DNA of 64,000 nt from Acidimicrobiales bacterium (GTDB lineage Bacteria > Actinomycetota > Acidimicrobiia > Acidimicrobiales > Iamiaceae). The notes under the pieces are model-generated. The model was not told where the DNA came from. It was given only the letters and a program-made list of their open reading frames with translations, and ran no database searches. Shown one piece after another: positions 60,047-64,000 of the stretch (position 1 is the first letter of the stretch; each line of letters opens with the position of its first letter). The position numbers and the translations under genes are program-made. Location: positions 111,297 through 175,296 of the forward strand of contig JBBSMQ010000001.1 of assembly GCA_038233075.1 (NCBI GenBank), given 5' to 3'.

Positions 60047-60613
60047 TCAGGTGAGGGTGGCGAGCCAGTCGGCGACGGCGGTGGCGATCTCGTCGTCGCG
60101 GCCCTTGGGGTCGTGGCGGGCGCCGCCGAGCCACACGTGGGTCACGGGGCCGGCGATGGTCGCGGTGGCGGCCTCCAGCTCCTCGGGGGTGCCGAAGGGG
60201 TCGCGGGTGCCGCCGACGAACAGGCACGGCACCGCCAGCGCCGGCAGGTGCTCGGTGCGGCGACGCTCGGGCTTGCCCGGCGGGTGCAGCGGGTAGCTGA
60301 GCAGGACCAGGCCGGCGGCGGGCAGCCCCTCGGCCACGGCCATGGAGCACATGCGCCCACCCATCGAGCGCCCGCCCAGGACGATCCGGTCAGGGGCCAC
60401 GTCGGCCTCGGTGGCCAGGACGCCGGCCTCCTCGACCACGCAGGCGACGAGCTTGACCGCCCGGTCCGGTGCCTTGCGGCCCTCGCGCCGGTACGGGAAG
60501 TCGACGCGCGCCACCGGCAGCGGCGCCACCGCGGCCTCGACCGCCAGCAGCGTGGAGTGCTCCCGACCGCTTCCCGCTCCGGGGGTGAGGAGGAGCGCGC
60601 CGGGAGCGCTCAT
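60047..60613 (-). CDS. Alpha/beta hydrolase (KANL3/Tex30-type, dienelactone-hydrolase-like)
   Basis: Trimmed to the ATG at 60613 (MSAPGALLLTPGAGSGREHSTLLAV...). Nucleophile elbow GGRSMGG and the C-terminal GGTRDPFG...ARHD. Confidence 0.75.
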   Translation of the reverse strand: MSAPGALLLTPGAGSGREHSTLLAVEAAVAPLPVARVDFPYRREGRKAPDRAVKLVACVVEEAGVLATEADVAPDRIVLGGRSMGGRMCSMAVAEGLPAAGLVLLSYPLHPPGKPERRRTEHLPALAVPCLFVGGTRDPFGTPEELEAATATIAGPVTHVWLGGARHDPKGRDDEIATAVADWLATLT

Positions 60614-60626
60614 CGGGGTGGCGAGC

Positions 60627-61328
60627 TCAAGACACGAGGAGGATGCGGCGGGCCTCGGTGAGCTCGGCGATGCGCTCGGCGGCGTCGGTCTGGCCGCCGC
60701 CGTGGTCGGGGTGGGCGATGCGAAGCAGGTCCCGGAACCGTCGCTGCACGTCCTTGCGGGCGGGGATGGGCCCGGCCAGGCCCAGCACGCCCAGGGCCCA
60801 CGCCTCGGGATCGGCGTAGCGGCCCACTGCGGACAGGTCCATGCCCGTGCCGCCCACGACCTCGAGGATCCGGTCGTCGATGGCTCCACGCCAGGCGAGA
60901 CCGCGACGGATCACCCGCATGACCGGGCCCCGGCTCTCCACCGGCAGGCGACCGGCGGCGTACACCGCGGCCAGGACCTGGGGACCGGGCGACGTGCCGG
61001 CGGTGGTGTCGAGGTCGAGGCGCATGCGCTCGCCGTCGCCCAGCAGCCGGTGGTGGCGGCGGTTGAGGCCGATGTGGTCGGTCTGGAAGCGATGCCGCAG
61101 ACGGGGCTGAGGGATGCGCATGCCCTGCTCGACCTGGTGGGTCAGGCGGTCCAGCTCGCCGTGCAGGTCGAGGTCGACCTGGCCCACGAAGGCGGCGGCC
61201 ACCGCGCCCAGGAGCAGGCCCCCGAAGCCCGGTGCCGGCGAGACCGGGAGCACCGAGGATCCCAGTGCCAGCCGCCGGGTGGGGGCGATGGGGCGGGACT
61301 GGAACACCTCCAGCTCGGCCAGGACCAT
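60627..61328 (-). CDS. Protein with C-terminal J-domain (HPD motif); the N-terminal domain is unknown
   Basis: The C-terminus ALGVLGLAGPIPARKDVQRRFRDLLRIAHPDHGGGQTDAAERIAELTEARRILL fits J-domain helices II-III with the invariant HPD. Confidence 0.65.
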   Translation of the reverse strand: MVLAELEVFQSRPIAPTRRLALGSSVLPVSPAPGFGGLLLGAVAAAFVGQVDLDLHGELDRLTHQVEQGMRIPQPRLRHRFQTDHIGLNRRHHRLLGDGERMRLDLDTTAGTSPGPQVLAAVYAAGRLPVESRGPVMRVIRRGLAWRGAIDDRILEVVGGTGMDLSAVGRYADPEAWALGVLGLAGPIPARKDVQRRFRDLLRIAHPDHGGGQTDAAERIAELTEARRILLVS

Positions 61329-61402
61329 CGGGTCACCGTACCGGTCGACAGCACGAGCCGGCCCTTCGGGACCCTGGTCTCCACGCCCGTAGCGAGCCTG
61401 GG

Positions 61403-62452
61403 TCAGACCAGGGGGCGCAGCAGGGTGCGGAGGGCGGTGGCCGCCTCCTCAATGTCCTCGTCCTGGGCCTCGGCGTCGCCCAGGCGCCCGCGCAGCACGT
61501 CGACCGCGGCCTTGATGGCGGTCCAGTCCCCCTCGGCGAAGCCGAACGGCAGGCCCATGCCGGCGGCGGACTCGGCCGCATCGTCGAAGCGGACGGTCGC
61601 GGTCTTGTCGGACGCGTCGTGGAGCAAGCGGTCTGAGGACACGAACAGCTCCGACAGGACCGCCTGGGCGTCAGGACCGTCGACCTCGTCGTCGGGGACC
61701 TGCTCGTCCTCCCAGGCCGAGGTGACCTCCTCGACCAGCGTGTCGACGCGCTCCTCGTCGTCGACCCCGATGGTGATCTCCTGGTAGCCCCGCATGTGGG
61801 GGACGCGTTGGTCGATGAGGGCTTCGACGAAGCGGTCCTCCAGCCCGCCGGGCCAGTCGCGCACGTCGTAGATGACGGGGTCGACCCCGGCCGGCAGGTC
61901 CAGGGCCATCCGCTCGTCGATCTCGTCGATGAGGTCGTCGACGATCTCGGCGTCGCCGGCCGCCACCACGAGGGTCCCGGCCTGCCAAACGCGCCGGACC
62001 CTCACGCCTTCCAGGATCTCGTCGAGCAGCTTGCGCTCCCGGGCCCCCCACTCCGACAGCTCGAACTCCACCTCTCGGAAGCCGCCCTCCTCCTCGTCGG
62101 TGTCGCCGGCGTGCCCGGTGTCCTCCCCTCCTGCGACGATCTCCTCAGCGCCGTCGGAGTCGTCATCTCCTGTCTCGTCGGCCTCCACGGGCCCGCCCGC
62201 GCCCTCGTCACCTCCGTCGGCGTCCTCGTCTCCCTCGGCGTCGCCATGGACCGCTTCCCCATCGACGGCGTCCTCATCGGCGGCGTCGTCATCTGTCGCG
62301 GCGCCGCCCTCGGCCTCGCCGTCGGTCGGGCCGTCCGGCAGGGACGCGTCGTCCGTGGCCGGAGCGGCGTCGCGCTCGGAGACGCCGTCCGCAACCGCCT
62401 CATCCTCGGGCTCGTCGGAGTCGTCGCGACCGAAGAGCCGTCGCAGCTTCAT
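61403..62452 (-). CDS. Highly acidic hypothetical protein with internally duplicated domain
   Basis: Trimmed to the ATG at 62452 (MKLRRLFGRDD...). A D/E/G/A-rich region of about 130 aa is followed by two similar modules of about 55 aa (EFELSEWGARERKLLDEIL...VDDLIDEIDE and IYDVRDWPGGLEDRFVEALI...VDTLVEEVTS). Confidence 0.65.
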   Translation of the reverse strand: MKLRRLFGRDDSDEPEDEAVADGVSERDAAPATDDASLPDGPTDGEAEGGAATDDDAADEDAVDGEAVHGDAEGDEDADGGDEGAGGPVEADETGDDDSDGAEEIVAGGEDTGHAGDTDEEEGGFREVEFELSEWGARERKLLDEILEGVRVRRVWQAGTLVVAAGDAEIVDDLIDEIDERMALDLPAGVDPVIYDVRDWPGGLEDRFVEALIDQRVPHMRGYQEITIGVDDEERVDTLVEEVTSAWEDEQVPDDEVDGPDAQAVLSELFVSSDRLLHDASDKTATVRFDDAAESAAGMGLPFGFAEGDWTAIKAAVDVLRGRLGDAEAQDEDIEEAATALRTLLRPLV

Positions 62453-62607
62453 CGCCGCCACCTCGAGGACGGCCGCCGGAGCAGAGCGGGTGCGCGCATC
62501 AGACCAGTATCGCAGGGCGCCTCCCCGTGCCATGCCAGGGGCTGACGACGATGGTCGTCGAGGCGGGCGAGCCGCGGCCGACGCCTGTCGGCCGCTCGTC
62601 GCCTCGC

Positions 62608-62943
62608 TCAGGGTTCGGGGTTCCGGTCCAGCCAGAGCTGGAGCGTCTCGGTCGTCCAGGTCGCGACGCCCACCCCGAGGAAGTCGTTGTCGTTGGTCCA
62701 GATGCTCGCCGCCACCGCCAGGGCACACGCGACCACGGGCCAGTCCCGGGGGTCCCGCTGCGATCGAGCACGAGCCTCCTCTTCGAGGGCGGAGCAGATG
62801 GCCCCGTCGATGACCACCACGTTCGCCTCCATCGCCCCGAGGCAGAGCGTCCTCAACTCGTCACCGGTGCTCGGGGCCAGGCCTCGCCGTTCGACGAAGG
62901 TCTCGATCCGCCGAGGGAGCTCGACCTGGGTCTCACCCCACAT
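62608..62943 (-). CDS. PIN-like domain protein, possibly N-terminally degenerate (VapC-type fold)
   Basis: 111 aa. The C-terminal ...DWPVVACALAVAASIWTNDNDF matches the conserved PIN T-x-D-x-D-F segment. No N-terminal acidic DTN-type motif and no adjacent antitoxin ORF were seen. Confidence 0.4.
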   Translation of the reverse strand: MWGETQVELPRRIETFVERRGLAPSTGDELRTLCLGAMEANVVVIDGAICSALEEEARARSQRDPRDWPVVACALAVAASIWTNDNDFLGVGVATWTTETLQLWLDRNPEP

Positions 62944-63031
62944 CTGCTCCGGCAGGAACAGGCTCGCGCCGGGCTCGGGCGGTGTGTGCCCACCTGGCTC
63001 GTGGCGCGCCTCCTGCGCCCTGGTCGCCCTT

Positions 63032-63068
63032 CCGTCGATGGGTGCCCCGTGCTGCGGCCCATCGACGG
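63032..63068. repeat. 11-bp perfect inverted repeat with 15-nt spacer
   Basis: CCGTCGATGGG (63032-63042) and CCCATCGACGG (63058-63068), lying between the helicase stop and the PIN-like ORF. Confidence 0.7.
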
Positions 63069-63231
63069 GCTCTCCTGGGTCGGAACGGACGCTCGCCGAC
63101 CACCCCCGGACGCATGGCCGGTGGCCGCATCCAGAGCGCGGGCCAGGTCGAGGGTGAAGGCCAGGTAGGCGCCACCGAGGGCGATGGCGGCGACCAGGTA
63201 GACCAGCCCCGTTCGAGGACAGGGCAGAGCA

Positions 63232-64000
63232 CTACGCGTCGGGGGTGGCGGCCACCAGGGCGAGGATGTCGGCGCCGTAGCGCTCGAGCTTGGCGGGGCC
63301 GATGCCCGGCACCTTGGCCAGTGCCGTGGTGGTGGCCGGCGCTCGCTCGGCCAGGGCGTGGAGGGTGGCGTCGGAGAACACCACGTAGGCGGGGACGCTG
63401 TCGGATCGGCTCCGTTCCCGGCGCCAGGCCCGGAGGGCCTCGGCCCGCTCGGCTGCCGCTCCGGTGAGCGGCTCGCCCGACGGCGCCCGTCCCCCCTCGC
63501 GCCGCTCCCGGGCGGTGGTCGGCGCCTCCCGGCCGGTCCGACGGGCGCGCTCCGGGCGGGCCGGGGCCTCGCCGGTGAGCTCGTCCAGGAACACCGAGGG
63601 CCGACTGGCGTCGCCCAGCACCACCACCCGGTCCTGGGCGCGGGTGATCGCCACGTGGAGCACCCGTCGCTCCTCCTCCTCGTCGGCGGCGAGCCGGTGG
63701 GGCAGCAGACCAGCGGTGACGCCGGCCACCACGACGCGGGGCCACTCCCGACCCTTCACCCGGTGCACCGTCGACAGGGTGACCGCCGGGCCCGACACTC
63801 CGCCTCCGCCGAGGGCTCGACGCAGCCAGACGTCGAACCCGTCGAGCGCGGGGTGGAGGTCGGCCACCTGGAGGAGGGCCTCCAGGTCGTCGAGCTGGCT
63901 GGAGCCCTCGCCGCCCTTGGAGCGGTCGAGGCCCTCCATGGCCTCGCCCAGGCCGACATCGTCGCGGATCACCTCCAGGGCGGCGCGGGTGGTGCCGCCA
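63232..64000 (-). CDS. UvrD/PcrA-family ATP-dependent DNA helicase, C-terminal part with HRDC domain (5' part outside the window)
   Basis: Helicase motifs V-VI (VTLSTVHRVKGREWPRVVV, LHVAITRAQDRVVV). An HRDC-like C-terminus follows (AYVVFSDATLHALAERAP...VPGIGPAKLERYGADIL). The frame stays open to the window edge. Confidence 0.85.
   Translation of the reverse strand, partial: GGTTRAALEVIRDDVGLGEAMEGLDRSKGGEGSSQLDDLEALLQVADLHPALDGFDVWLRRALGGGGVSGPAVTLSTVHRVKGREWPRVVVAGVTAGLLPHRLAADEEEERRVLHVAITRAQDRVVVLGDASRPSVFLDELTGEAPARPERARRTGREAPTTARERREGGRAPSGEPLTGAAAERAEALRAWRRERSRSDSVPAYVVFSDATLHALAERAPATTTALAKVPGIGPAKLERYGADILALVAATPDA

Noticed and set aside
63130-63215. Start-less minus-strand stretch translating as GLVYLVAAIALGGAYLAFTLDLARALDAATG, which resembles a C-terminal TM helix of a prenyltransferase-type membrane protein.
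   Set aside because: About 30 residues are too few to assign, there is no start codon, and there is no continuation upstream because the helicase gene ends at 63232. It is mentioned only as possible debris.

Overview
Very GC-rich bacterial chromosomal segment (third codon positions almost uniformly G/C). The gene repertoire looks like Actinomycetota: a PASTA Ser/Thr kinase, gatCAB, ilvBNC, an Eis-like GNAT, an Asp-type MurA and an L,D-transpeptidase. About 60 protein-coding genes can be supported. Most of the long Arg/Pro/Gly/Ala-rich ORFs in the track are antisense or alternate-frame artefacts of high GC.

Gene blocks in order:
- (1) A tightly overlapping System I cytochrome c maturation module, ccmC-D-E-F-G-H (1-4544, minus strand).
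- (2) metY with a long structured leader, and ilvB-ilvN-ilvC with a leader-peptide attenuator.
- (3) A plus-strand cluster: membrane protein, predicted pseudokinase, Zn-ribbon/FHA protein, two ABC ATPase/permease pairs and a MATE exporter (12377-20349).
- (4) An Eis-like acetyltransferase and a transmembrane Ser/Thr kinase.
- (5) gatCAB.
- (6) Two TetR-led operons (TetR-MFS-SCP2 and TetR-P450), further MFS exporters and a PASTA kinase.
- (7) ligA, mnmA, a cysteine desulfurase, a rhomboid protease, a crotonase, a NifU-like protein and murA.
- (8) An L,D-transpeptidase, a J-domain protein, an acidic repeat protein, a PIN-like ORF and the 3' part of a UvrD/HRDC helicase.

No rRNA, tRNA, CRISPR array, transposase or integrase was recognised.

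Most noteworthy observations:
- The pseudokinase/FHA/ABC cluster.
- Four decayed genes: an SF1 helicase, an MFS transporter, a Uma2 gene and a G7-tract frameshift.
- Several duplications of gene termini: the ilvC 3' end, a kinase 5' end, and a roughly 46-bp tandem array made from the crotonase 3' end.
- Candidate RNA regulators: a SAM-IV-like metY leader and an ilvB attenuator.
- A small low-GC islet.

All family assignments rest on motif reading by eye. No database search was possible.
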